From the human T2T-CHM13v2.0 reference genome, Homo sapiens, in the NCBI RefSeq assembly GCF_009914755.1, contig NC_060929.1: 64,000 nt of DNA, one strand, 5' to 3'. Both the position numbers and the translations under genes were made by a program. How positions within the stretch are numbered: position 1 is the stretch's first letter; the number at the start of each line of letters is the position of its first letter. The notes beneath the pieces were generated by a model that saw only the letters and a list, made by a program, of their open reading frames with translations, was not told the DNA's origin and searched no databases. This document shows positions 13,934-27,435 of this stretch, piece by piece.

Positions 13934-16900
13934 GTGAGTTAAAATCAACATGGATATGAGCTCCAACTATTGGCTATGTATAATACTACATGTAATAGCA
14001 ATTAACAAATCATCTAGTATGATTCTCTGTGTATGCCTAGGCTGAAACAGATGTGTGTGTGTGTAGTGGGGCGGTGTGAGTTCGTGTTAAAACTGGGAAT
14101 CCTGTTTCCCTGGTACTTTTAAAGAAATGCAAGTGAACTTCACAGCTTTCAGATTGCAAAAACCAGTATTCTGACTTGGTTAGTATATTAGAAAATCATT
14201 CACTAATGATGCTTAGTATATGAGCTGTTGTGAACTAACATGTTGCAGAATTCACATATTTTGAATCCAGTAGAGAAAAATTATTTAGGAAATGTTTTGT
14301 CTCATAAAGATTTGTACAATAGAAGATATAAAGTAGATTGGGAGAAATAAATGAGATTCAAAAACCCATGTCTCATAAAACCTTTTGCTGGGTATGAATA
14401 TATCCAAGATCCATCTTTATTTTGCCCCACTCAAAGATATCCAGGTTAATTTCAAATAGAAAAAAATACACACATTCTTTCTAGTAATGTTTTTTTAAAA
14501 TGCAACTTACTTAGCAATTCTCACACAAGAGTTAAAATTCCAACACTATTCAGGCTCGTTGTCCTAAAAATGAAATCTTTGCTGTCTGAGCCTATTGCGT
14601 GTGCTCCCAGGTTTTGATGCAGCATCCTCAGAAAGAAAAGGAGAGGACAGTGCAGGCAGAAACGGCTTCGGGAAGATGCATCAGAGCCCCAGGTCACTCT
14701 TGCTAGAACTTCTTTCTCTAATTCCCTTTTCATTTCGGTTATCTTCTGCTCTGAAACAAATGGCCCGTGCTCCATGAAATTTATGTGGAATTTACAACAG
14801 GAAATGACCTCTGACAGACTTGTTTTCGACCCCTTTCTTCCCATCCCCACCACTCAGTCTGCATCCAGTGCCATGGCCTGGCACCTGCTTGCATCCATAG
14901 CCCCGTGGATCTCATGATCATGAAGAATTTACACCAAGAGATGTCTTTTTCTCTCAATTAACACAATGGCATTATTTTGTTACGTGGTTAATTATTATTT
15001 CAGAATAATTTCACTGTTCGGATGTGTTCAGTGTATAAACTCCTGGATAAAAGCTTTTCCACTGTATTCATAGATAGTCCCTGCTTTAAATCAAGCCACA
15101 AATAGGGTCTCAAATTTAAAAGATAACCAGGAATCAGCAAAAAGGCATGAAGCTGCACTGGCTTTATATTGTTAGTCTTTCTTCCAGCAATCTTTTGGCC
15201 TTCGCCCTTGGTAAAGGTATGGAGAAGAGTTTCAGATGAAGTGAGAATTTTTCCTAGATAAAAATTTCAGTAGAAAAGATATCAGAAATATATCTCTCTA
15301 CCATAATCTTTTTTTCTTTTGTAGGTAGGCATTTTTATCTACATTTAATAATATTGATAATCATTGTGCTTAATTTAACTTTATTGCACTTTAGCTAATC
15401 ACCATATCTATACACAATTACGATTAAACCCCAATGAAATATTGGGCTTATTTCACAAAAAGCATTACTGTGAGCTTTGTTCTGGCACAGACCCACAATA
15501 ACCTCTGCAAGTAATTAAAACATTATTTACCTGGGTTTCTGTATCTAGTTTGTCTACTAGTGCTTTGGTTATCCCCAAAAGACCTGGTGATTCATTGACA
15601 ACTTTTTGAGATCTACAGAGCTTTCATCAGCAGCTCTTTTTTTTTTCCTGTGTTCCACTACTGCTTTCTCCTCCATTTCTTATATTTAAAAATGCAGTGG
15701 TTTCCGGTGTTAACTTATACATACATTTCTAATGACCTCCACAAAAAAATGCAATTATTTTTCACAGACAGCACGGAGGTATTTAGTGTGCATTGAGGTA
15801 GAAATAACCATGCCAAGAAAACAAGCAAATGCATAAAACCTCCAGATAGATCTTATACTTCAAGTAATCACTTTAATGTTGTCTCTTATGTTTTTAACAT
15901 AAATTAAATTGTATTTCCAATTATACCAGTAGTGGCAAAAAGCATATTGCTGAGCTGGGTTCCTCTCATGAGTTCTGAGTTACATATCTATGTATCCCGC
16001 AGCTTAGACTCACTGTGCCCACAAGACCCTAGTGCAGGGGACAATCTTCTCCAGTATCCTTTACCTCTGCAAATGGCACCACCCCTTACCCAGATATTCA
16101 GGCCCAAATTTTGGATTTCTTTCTTCATCCTTCTTCCTCCCTTTTCACGTATACTCTCCCCAGGAGTGTGGGTCTGCACCAGAACAAAACTTACAGTAAT
16201 GCTTTTTGTGAAATAAGCCCAATATTTCACTGGGGTTTAATACTAATTGTGGATGGATGGTGATTAGCCGAAGAGCAATAACAGAAATCCCCCTCTCTGT
16301 TGTTAAATACATTCCTGGGATGATCACTGCTCTCCCTCTCCAGTCATTAGGCCCTCATAGGAGGCACCGTAATCTTTTACCTAGAGCTGGCAGAGCCAGC
16401 CAGCCTCCCTGTGCCGACTCACCCTGTCGAGTGAGTTGTTCATATTGTGAGTCAAATCATATATCTCAATCACATGTGTTTAGCACTCTCTAACAGCCTT
16501 TCATTCTATGAATTGTGGAATCCAAACTCTAGGCAGTCCTGCCTACCAACGTGCTGGTCCCTAGGCCACCTCTGACCACCCTCCCTTGCCCTCTGTTTGC
16601 TTAGCTATATCCTTGCCCTTGCTGACTTATTATTTCCAGGAAGAGAACACAGCCAGAATAAGGGCTGCTGACCTTAGAGCCAGCAGCCATTATTCTTGCT
16701 ATATAATCTTCCTGGAAAGCTGTTTCCTCCCACCTTGACAGAGCTTGTTCTTCATTACTCAAGTTTCACCTCAACTGCATCTTCCTTACGCAAGCCCTTC
16801 ATCTTTCCTCAGTATTTTCAGGAAAAGCCATGGATAGCAGTGTTGAGGGCTGAATTTTAGACTTTTCTTATGCATTTCTATACAAGGATATAAACTGATG

Positions 16901-17509
16901 CAAAGACATAGATTTCTTTTTAATAAAATAACTGTAATTGTATAAAATCAATGGCAATTTCCTTATCTCCTAACTTGCAGATCATCTTATTTTACATCAT
17001 ACCGTTGTATCTCATTTTTTAAAGCTTCTAAATAGCATCTTTCAGTTTTACTTTTTAATTTTTTAACTAAAACTTTTAGAGGATTTGCTGATAAACTGGA
17101 CATCAAAGGTAAGAGAAATCAATGAATTCAAGATAGTTCCTAGATTATACCCTTGCAAAATAGCTTATTGACCCATTCTGACCTCAGAAGCCATTCTCTT
17201 ATAAACTCTTCCTACACATGTGCAACTTTGCCCTGTGGTCGATGTCAAAACATAAATTGCTACGTGCTAGAATGCATTTTTTTTTCAAAATGTATTTCCA
17301 ACTTGACCTCTAAGTAGCTGAGTCCATCCATGCTTTCATCTGCAGTGCGCCCTATTCTATGCATCAAAATTTAAAATTTTAGCCAATTTTAGGGAGTATA
17401 TGGCACTTTCTTACAGTATCATGAACTCGAATAAAAATCTTTTACTCTAAATGTGGCTTGCAATGGGAAATTCTCAACTTCATAACTTAAATTGAGAAGA
17501 AAAGTCCTG

Positions 17510-17651
17510 AAGAAATACCTAATGTAGATGACGTGTTAATGGGTGCTGCAAACCATCATGGTACATGTATACCTATGCAACAAACCTGCATATTGGCACA
17601 TGTATCTCAGAACTTAAAGTATAATAAAAAATAAAAATAATAAAATTAAAA
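17510..17651 (+). mobile_element. L1PA (~L1PA7/8) extreme 3' end
   Basis: gaaatacctaatgtagatgacgtgttaatgggtgctgcaaaccatcatggtacatgtatacctatgcaacaaacctgca...aacttaaagtataataaaaaa. Confidence 0.9.
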
Positions 17652-18883
17652 GTGTTGCAGAGCAACTAAACATAAAGAAGCCAGTCAGGAGCTGAGAGGA
17701 AGGCTCACATTTGAAACTGCTCAGTGGGCTGCAGCACTTTTCATCTTTTCGTATGAATCTGCCTTTCCACAAACAAGTCAGTTCTTTCAATGTAGCTCCT
17801 GTATTTTTTGTTTATATACCACGGAAACCAGCATTCCATTGGGAGACCCATCTAACACTCACTTTATGTTTCCCTAAATAGTCCCATCCTTTGTGATTTT
17901 GATCAGGTCCTAAAATAAAGATTATTGATTGTCGAGTACATCAAGGCTGCTCTTTCATTCATTAGTTTTCTTTATTTGATTTCTGCAAGGCCTATCTATT
18001 GCTTTAAGGCTTTGGGAGACATCCACATGAAGATCCATCATTTAAAGTAAATGTGGCAAATACAATTCTCTCTGAATATAAAGCTCAGAAGGGCTCACCA
18101 GGGAATCTCAGTCATTAAGGCCAAGAACGTATAAATCTCTCTGAGGAGGGATAAAATTTCAAAGAAGACACTTCTTCAAAGTGAATATAAGAAGAACAGT
18201 TTTTCTAAATATAACCCAATGTGAAATAGAGTTGAGACATAATTCCATTAAAACTTCCTCTGCATGGGTGGAAAGCTGTTCCTGAAGCCAAAGCATAGAG
18301 AACACTCCCCAGAAATCCCAGTTTGGGCTGGATTGTGAAGACTGCTTTTTCTCTTTTTTGGAAAATGTGGAGGAATCTAAAACAACATATACTTCTTATG
18401 AAGGTAATAACCCCAAGTCAGAGACCATGGGTTGCAAAGCACAGTTTTCCCAGATCTGTGGGCTATGGTATGTGGAGCCCAGGCTCAGGTGAAGCTGCTG
18501 AGTGTTGCCCTTCACACTATGCTCTCCCAGATGTGTGCCTACAGGAAGCGGGAGGCATGCGTCAGGAAGTGCCAGGCACATCTTGTCCTCAGTTTTTTCA
18601 GAAGCACTCTCAGGGATACAAACCCAAAGAGAACATGGAGGATTTCCTGCCTGGCATTGACCCATCAAGGCAATCGAAGGCCTTCCAGAGCCCCTCTTCT
18701 GTCACTCATCACATTCCTGCAATTTGGAAGAAGAATCCAGATCACGTTACTGGTCTCACTACCCATAAAATGTAAGGTTAGTGGCCTTTAGATCACACAT
18801 CTCTGAAGAATGTCAGTTACACAGCAGAGAATTGAAAACTGGAGCACCAGGTAGCCATGCCCAGAGGAACTGAAGGCCTTGAT

Positions 18884-19098
18884 CTAGTTTCTCAACTTCA
18901 GCACCATTGACATTTGGCACCGAATGATTCTTTGTTGTGTGGGGCTGTTCAGCTCACTGCAGGTCCCTTAGCATCATCGCTGCCTCCCACAACGGGAGAG
19001 CAGTTGTCCCCTGTCAGTTGTGACAAGAAAAACTGTCTCCAAAGATTGCCAGATGTCCCCGGGGGAGTAGGCAAATTACCTCATGTTGGGGTTCATTG
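18884..19098 (+). mobile_element. MER20 hAT-Charlie DNA transposon
   Basis: tttctcaacttcagcaccattgacattt...ttctttgttgtgtggggctg...gttgtgacaagaaaaactgtctccaaagattgccagatgtcccc. Confidence 0.85.
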
Positions 19099-20867
19099 AC
19101 TGGACTATCAAGTCCATGCTTAACTAAATTTTATTTCTCAGCTAAAACAGTTGTATTTCAAAAAGTACAAGCTGATGAATTCAGCTTCAAGAAATGCTTG
19201 GAATTAATACATACTGTACTTTGGTTCTATGAAAATTTCAATCATGGTGTCTATTTCCTTAATTTCTTATAGTGACTACATTTATTATGTATGTGACATT
19301 TGGGTTCTGGATAAAACAACTACTTAGTTTAGGGACAGAGTAAGAAACTCATTCTTAAGTTAATAGCGGCTTTTGCCAGAAAAAAGAAGCAGGCTGGGAA
19401 ACACTAATGAAAATAAGGTTTTTCAATGAAAGTCCCAGCAAATATTTTTTTATTTAAATGAGTTTCTGTATCTTGTGAATGCCTCGAGTTAGAGTGGCAT
19501 GTTATGCCTGCTCATGGCTGTAGATGATAGCCTACATTTCTACTAGTAAAATGACAACTGTTCTTTTTTAAAAATTTTTCCTATTGTTTATTACTTTGGT
19601 TTCTGCTGTTTTAACATAGATTTGATGATGATACACTACTTAAGTGTTAATTTGGAAATTTATTGCATCTACCGATAAAATTGTAGAATCCTATTCTCTT
19701 TCACAAACTGGTCAAGCAAATGGAAAGACCTACAGACATCCATGTCCAAGAGAGATAAAAGGAATCGCTTTCCCAAAGGGAAAAAAAAGGTTAAGAAAAG
19801 TTTGTGTTGAAAGTCAGAGACTAAGAAATGAAGCTTCTAGGTAAAAGTGAAATGTGGTTTGTCTCAGTCAAGGAAGAATGCAGGATTCACGAGGAAAATA
19901 ATGAGTAATTGTTCCCTGTCCACACAACATAGTTCTTTCTGTTCCTGAAAACAAAAGCATTTCAAATTCATTCATGAAAACATTCACAGAAGGAAAATTC
20001 TGAATGTTGTTTTTGGGATAGGAAAGAGTATCCCCTCGGGCTCCTTAAATCATCAATGCTGGGTTCAGAGCAGGAAAGGGGGCAACAGTAGGGCTATTGT
20101 CACCCCCCTCCGAGCACCTACGGAAAGCCAGTATCAACAGTAAGATGAGCAGCCAACAGGGCGTAGCAGAGAACATCCGTTTTTCTCTTTTTTCTTCTCC
20201 TCCTCTGCTTCCTAATTCTCTTTTTTCTATAGCAAAAAGCGTATGTTGCCATTTTGTTTTACGTCCTCTATTTAAAACCTGTACTGAATTTGAATTGACA
20301 AAGTTGATCAAAACTGTTGCTACAACATGGTGCTATGGGCTGGCAGAATCAACTGGACTACATCCCAAGTTTTTATTCAAGCAACAGCAAGAAACTAATC
20401 CTCGCTCAAAGACACTCAAGCCTGGTTCCTTGAGTCTTGCAGGGGCTAGATAGACGCTTTCTTTACATCACAGCCACATATTTAGTACCTTATTCACAAA
20501 TTGAAGCAAAATATTGTTTCATGGTTACCTACCGTAGCCAGCATAAAACTTACTTTATATGATGCTGAGGATGAAGGCTAAGGTCTATGCTACTGTTTTC
20601 ACTATGACAAATTTTTCTGTGTTTACTTTTTGGTAAGTGTCTTGTAAGTTATTACAGGAAAAGTATTATGGCCTTCATTTTTAAAAACTGACAAAAACAG
20701 AGGAATAAAATGATTTTCTTATGAAAGGTCATGCTGACAAATAATGCTAACCGTAATAACACTATACTAACAAATAATTTTTTAGATTTCTTTTAGATTA
20801 CAAACGATCACCTATTAAAATTTGATTTTAAAATCAAATTCAGCTTTAGACAATTTTCTGCAGTACA

Positions 20868-21116
20868 TGGTGGTGTATAGTTAATAATAGTGCATATTCT
20901 GGAGCCCAGATGATTGCATTCATGTTCTGTCTCTGATGCTTACTAGCACATTTTCTGGGCAAGATAATCAATCTCTCCATGCCTCAGTTTCCTAACCTGT
21001 AAATCAGTAATAAAGCAAGTAATTAGCTCATGCCGTTGGTGTGAAAAGTCAAGTGAATTGGCATATGCGAAGCATTTGGTCCACTTCCTGACACACAGGT
21101 GTTCAAGACACATTGT
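20868..21116 (+). mobile_element. MIR SINE, near full length
   Basis: ctgggcaagataatcaatctctccatgcctcagtttcctaacctgtaaa core, plus 3' cctgacacacaggtgttcaa. Confidence 0.85.
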
Positions 21117-24100
21117 CTCTGAGTTTTCCTAACATGATTCCTCTTGGATTCACTGCCCAGGAACAAGGGAGGGAGCCCCACAGCATCAGATATGCTGGTG
21201 TCATTACTGACAGTTACTAGTGTATAGCTTGGTGTGCACCGCATGCAGCCAGCCTTAAGCAAACTGCGTGTTTATCCCTAACTCTTTAAACTTAAGAGGA
21301 AATCAAGGAACAGATGGGCTCAACCATCCAGGTCTTCCTCCCCCAGGCCCCTGCACATCCCTATTCCATGCTTCTTCCATTCAGATCCAAGTACCCAGCT
21401 CTCTCTGTACAATTTACATCCTTCTGGAATCCCTTGATCTAAAAATATTCTTTGCATGTTTGCTTAGAAATCTAGCTTAGAATTTGAATTGACTCCAGTT
21501 GTAGAAACTGCAGTTCAGTGAATATATTGAGAAGCACACTTTAAGGACATTTATCAAACATATTACACAAGGGCATCTTCTATAGAACAGAAAAAATGGC
21601 AGCTGAGAATGAGTGGCCATCAATGCAGGGACTTAGTCTCAACAACTGGTGAATCTTTTACCTCGAGTTAGAGTTGATACAGACTAGAATCTAACACAGC
21701 CATCACAAAAATCATTTTAAAGATAACATAAACTCTACTTGTTCTTTTCATCTCCTTTGATTCTTGCTTTTCTGCTCCATTTTTAGACAATAATTTATAA
21801 GCCTAATTTAATTTATCTTGAGGAAATATATTTTTTTAAGTTGGTGGATCAGCAGAAATATGATTTCCAGAATTCAGTGTTCTTCCCATTATTCAAGAAA
21901 TTTTTTATATCCCTTCCTGTGTCCTGAGAGTTAGGCCTCCTGGATTTTCTGGCCTAACCCTCTGAGACTTGGGGCAAGTCAACTTGCCTGTGAGGTGCGT
22001 AAATACCCTACCCCCTCCCCTACCATACATCACCCTGGTGTGATCATAAGACCTCCCTGCCTCTACAATATCACCTGCCAAAATGCAGGTGAATTCCCAA
22101 CTTAGAAAGAAAATTAATTACTCCTGAACTTTTGATGAGATGGGTGGTAAAAGCTATTTCATAGAAAAGCAGAACCTTTCTTTGATGAAGAAATTATGGA
22201 AGCATTCCATAAGGATGGTCAGTTCTGCTCCTCTGAGTCAGATTCTGGGAACCTTTTGATCCTTCTGTGGTTAATACCCAAGCCTCTCAGTTCAACATGT
22301 GAGACAGGGTTATAAAATTGAACAAAAGGTTATACGTACCCAGAATAGTTTATTTCAGAAGGAGACAGACCTTTTCTTGTATCCCACTCTCTCCTGAATT
22401 CTCACATGATTTTTTTTAAATTGCTTTTAATGTAAAATAACTTTCCTGCTTATAATTTTTCTTACTACGGTGGTTAGGACAGTTAGCCCATGGCTTTTTA
22501 ATGTCAAAAGTTCACAGTATGACATAACATCTCTGAGATTCAATAGCTATTTTCTTTTTGTTGCCTTCTACTTATGTCAAACATCAGTAAAACCTCTAGT
22601 CTGTAAAAAGAATATAACTTCAAAACAATTCCAATTAGGGTAGAATAAAACCTCAGTATTCACCTCGATCCCATGTGTAAACAAATGGACTGACGTGCAG
22701 TGAGGGTAAGTGATAATTTTTTCTAGCATCAACTTAGAAGGGGATTGAGCTTATTTCAGTCTGATGCAGGTTCACAGACCACTGGACTCCTAAGGGGTGA
22801 AGATCTGGAGGAGCTGAGTCACACTGGGGGAATTGCAGGTGCCCTACACAGCACTGGGGACTGTGGTAAAGGAGAGAGGACACAGACTCTCAGTGTCCAA
22901 GCTTGGTAAAATTGTATGAAACAATTGTTTGCAAAGTTTATGCAATAGGAAGTGTGGGGGTTGAAAGGCATAATATTTATTTGGATTAGATACCACACAT
23001 TTTTAATTTGCCCTAAGAAAAATTACATTGGAAAGAAAAGGCTTGGAATGATTCCTTTAATAGATCTAAGGGATAACATTCTTTTTTTAAGGCTGAGGAG
23101 TACAGAAAGAACATTCTTCTGCTTTATTTATTTTTAATTGAAGACGCTATACAAGCATTTGCCAAATTATTCAAGTGAGAGCCATAATTCGGCAATGCAA
23201 GCGGGGAGAGAGGAGCAGTAAGTGCCAACAACGAAGCATCTATTTATGGATATTACCACACATAATGAAAGCAAAATAGTTGTAGCTGTGTATTAAATTT
23301 AGAGTATGTTCCTAATAATATTCTCCATGTGTGAAACAGTTGGCAGGAACTATCAACATAGGAATAAGTTCATGATGGCTGGATGGCTAAGAAACTAGTG
23401 CAAATAATTAAGGATTAAATAAATAAAAGAGCTGAATTTGAACCACAAAAATAGCATAGGCTACAAGACTTTGTAGTACAAAGTGATGTTGTCTGTTCTG
23501 AATTATCTCTTTTTATTGCATTCAAAATGTTAACTACATAATTGTCAGATAGCGCCTTTGCAGACAAAGCCAGAATTTTTCCCCTTAATATGCCCAGTGG
23601 AAATAGATGAATTTGGAAACAATATTTTATTGCTCAAGTGGATGCAGAACCCTACAATTAATGTGTTAAAAATAATCACTTGCAAATTTATAGTTCTTAT
23701 GCCACTGCCTTTTCAAATATAAGTAGGATATGTATGAATTCTCTGAATCCTGACTGCAAGGCAACTTCACAAAAGTATTCCTATACCTATGTCTGTTCAC
23801 TTCAGCCTGTTGGCCAATTCATTCATTTGGAAAAAAAATGGCTCAAGACAAGAATTTGTACTCAAGAAAGAAATGGTAAGAGTAATCTACAACAAATTCT
23901 ATGTTTTCTTATTTGTAAATGTTAATCTTTCACAAGATACAAACATAAAAATTCTTTAGAAATGTTAAAAAATGTATCTACATTTTCTAAAGTCATTGCA
24001 GGAAATTTTACCAACTCCCTCATACACATACTCTCAAAAATGATGACAGCAAATTATAGAGACTGCTCTGGTGTCCACGATGTGAGCAACATAGCTGTGA

Positions 24101-24490
24101 AATTGAGAAAGGGGAGAGAACATCGTGTGACTCCAACAACCACACAAATGTCTAAAGAATCAAAACCAGTTTTTGCGAAGTTTAGGACACATACATAAGC
24201 TGTGAGGCTTCCTCTCCCTAGGCTGTTGGTTGCTATGTTCTCCTATTTTTTCCAACTCTCTTGAAAGGTCATGCTCGTACGTACAAAATGTGTTGCCCCA
24301 AACTGATACTCTCTTAAAATAAAAAATAATGCAGAAAAGTTATTTTGCTTTCAATTAAAAAAAACACAAAATATTGAGAATGTATTTTCTATCACATCCT
24401 TTACAACAACCACAGAACCGCTCAGCTTCCCAGTCTCCAAATTTTATTTAAATTTTGCCATTTATGACTGTTTCAAAGGGTTTTGTAACA

Positions 24491-24963
24491 CAGTCGTCCC
24501 CCTTTATTTGCAGTTTCATTTTTTTGTGGTTTCAGTTACCAGGTCAACTACAATCCAAAAATGTTAAATGGAAAATTCCAGAAATAAAAAATACAGAAGT
24601 TTTAAATGGTGAGTAGCGTGATGAAATCTCACGCCTTCCTGTGTCATCCCGCCTGGGACATGACTCCTCCCTTTGTTCAGCACACCCATGCTATCTACGC
24701 CTACCCACCCATGAGTCACTTAGCAGCCCTCTCGGTTACAGAAAGACTGTCCTGTTATCTCAGTGCTTGTGTTCAAATAGCAATTATTCGACCTAATAAT
24801 GGCCCCCAAATGCAAGAATACTGGGCCTAACTTGTAAATTAAACTTTATCAGGAGGTATACGCACAGGAGAAAACAGTATATAGAGAGTTTGGTTCTACT
24901 TGAAGTTCTAAGTATCACTGGGGGTCTTGGACTAGATGCCCCTTAGATAAAAGGGGACCACTG
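24491..24963 (+). mobile_element. MER44 (Tigger7-derived) TcMar DNA transposon
   Basis: Terminal inverted repeats cagtcgtccccctttat / ataaaaggggaccactg, followed by TA; internal aaatggaaaattccagaaataaa...gtgatgaaatctc. Confidence 0.85.
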
Positions 24964-25069
24964 TACTTTGTAGGAAATGCAAACTATGTTTCAGGTTGTG
25001 TGACAGCAAAATATTCTAAGGAATCTGTGACCAATTAGCCCCCCCCTTGTCACTTTGAAGTCACTGTCA

Positions 25070-25650
25070 GATAATGCCCCTGCCCTCCAACGCCTTCCTT
25101 TTATACACATGCAGTCTTCCCTTGACAGCAAACCCAGTGCGATCTGGCCCTTGTCTAAAATTGTGACCCCATCTTATAGCTTGTATTCTAGTCCTCCAGT
25201 CCCACCAGCCTTCTTTCTGTCATGGGAACATGAGAGTCATTTCCCGGCCTTATAAACTGTGCTGTGGTTCTTCAGAAAGCCTCCCGTCTGTACCCCATGC
25301 CCGTCTGTACCCAGCTGTTTCCTTCTTGTTCCGCAGATCTCAGCTCTCCGTGTTACTTCTCAGAGAAGCCTTCCTTGCCCACCCCATCGACGGAAACCAC
25401 CCAAGCTTGGTGCCCTTTTCCTGTGCTCTATCCACTGACATTTGCTACTTTCACTTTAGGTTGGTATTTCTGAATTGGGCTATTTCCTTTCTCCTCCCCT
25501 AGAGGGAAAGGTTGGTGAGAGCTCAGGCCTTCTCTGTCTTTTCACTGGGCAGCTGTTGTGTCTACAAATGTGAATACAAAGTGTTGTCAGGGAGGCTTGA
25601 CAGACCTTTGATGAATGGATGGGTGGACAGATAAATAACTAAGTGAATAA
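25070..25650 (+). mobile_element. L2 LINE 3' region
   Basis: tctcagctc...ttacttctcagagaagccttcc, ctcccctagagggaaaggttggtgagagc, terminal tgatgaatggatgg repeats. Confidence 0.7.
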
Positions 25651-27373
25651 AGGAGAAACTACAGGGTGTAGTAACAGAATAACCATCGGTGGATCCAGTT
25701 GGTGGGTGAGACTGGAACAGTGTGGACTCAAGCTGCATCTGGTAACAAAGTCAGATGTCATGGTCCAGGTTTAGAGACTGGTTTGGAAAAGAGGATCCTA
25801 TTTCAGTTTAGAAAAGGGGTGGAAGGGGACAGACTGCAAGTGCAAAGCTGAGCTGGGGGTCCTGACCTTGGTGACTGAGGCGGAAGTGGACAGATCACCT
25901 GTCTGGGCTGAATGCAGGATCCCAGGTGAGGGACTGCTTCTGCTTTAATTCAGTCTTTCTAAACAATTGCTTTGTTTATACATGATATGGCATGCATTCA
26001 GCCTGAGGATTAATTTCCTCCAAAAAAATCTTCTTTTAGAGGGAATAACTAATGTACCTAGCAGGTTCCCCCATGAAGAGCTTTGCAAAAGATTCCTGTA
26101 GCATTTTCAGTTTATAATGAAGTGAGTGGAAATCTTTCATAGAGCACTTCTGTGTCAACACATACTCCATTCCAGCGTTCCCTTTTCAATTGTGTGTTTG
26201 GTATTTGCTTTGTTTCTTTTTTCTTGTCATTTTCTTTGACAAGATTCAGCGTAGGGGAAAGGTAGTGACTAACCTGCTGCTCCCAAAAAAACATAAAAGT
26301 AACTTGGATTCCAACACTCTTCAACATGCAGCTGTTCATCCTGTAAAGGATCTTGGCAGTTAAAGATCATGATGAATTTTGAAATGCAGGAGATTACAAT
26401 ACTCATATTATCATATTGTTATATGACGATTGTAATATGAAGTTAAAAATAAACAATATGCTGAAAGGCATGGTTGTTGAAATCCTTCTTGCAAAATATA
26501 AATAAATTGCTCTCGTAATATTTTTCATGAGAGTTGATTACTGTTAGCTTGTGAAACTAATATGATAAATTAGAACACCCTGGATGAGGTTCTATTTCGT
26601 AAGTACACTTACCGTAGTGCTATTCATAGGAAAATTCCTCTGAATTTCGCAGTATTTTACAGAATAGAATTTTATGGACTCTGGCATCAGTAAAGTATGC
26701 TGCCAAATAAACTGATCAATAATAAACGTATTATTTTTATTATTATTGTTGGTGGTGATGGTGGTGTTACTTGCAGAGGTCACAGGAGCTGGGCCACCAC
26801 CCTGCCTTGAGGACATTGCATAGAGAGCTTCTCAACAAGCCAAGACCAAGAAAAAGTAGGTCTGCCCTTCCATGCCCAGTGAATGTAGCACTCATTGTGT
26901 TTAGTCTGGGGCTCTCTTTCCTGATTTTAGTTTCAGATCTGTATTTTTGTTACCCTCAAAGAAAAGAGCAAAATTATTGTTGATGTGGAAAATAGAAAAA
27001 TTTGAGAACAACCAGTTTAAATACCCAGTTTCTAAATTTGAAATCATGTTTCAGTAGATAAATCTGGACATGATGGCCGAATATTACTTTGGGGTTCTTT
27101 GAGGGTGAGGGTGCTTACCGCCTACTCATCATGTGGGATTATCGAGGTCCTGCCAGCTTTCCCCTGTGCTACAGAGATTGTGAGTTGAATGGACTCAGAG
27201 AGAAAGGCCATGTGTAGATTCCTGAATGGCAGGCTAATATCCAGGTCCAATTTCCATCTCAAAGTAGCAGAAGAAAATGACTTTCCTTGTGAACATGACT
27301 ATAGATTATTCTAACATTTCTCTTTAAACATGCCTGATGTAACTTTAACTGACTGATTAAGATCTTGTAGGTG

Positions 27374-27375
<2 letters not shown>

Positions 27376-27404
<29 letters not shown>

Positions 27405-27435
27405 GACAGAATCTGGCTCTGTCGCCAGGCTGGAG
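27376..27435 (-). mobile_element. Extremely 5'-truncated Alu (31-nt body + T29 tail)
   Basis: T29-gacagaatctggctctgtcgccaggctggag; TSD aagatcttgtaggtgtcttt (27359-27378) / aagatcttataggtgccttt (27436-27455). Confidence 0.9.

Noticed and set aside
21926-21962. 12-bp imperfect inverted repeat gagagttaggcc...ggcctaaccctc
   Set aside because: Too short for a pre-miRNA and lies in MIR-like sequence.
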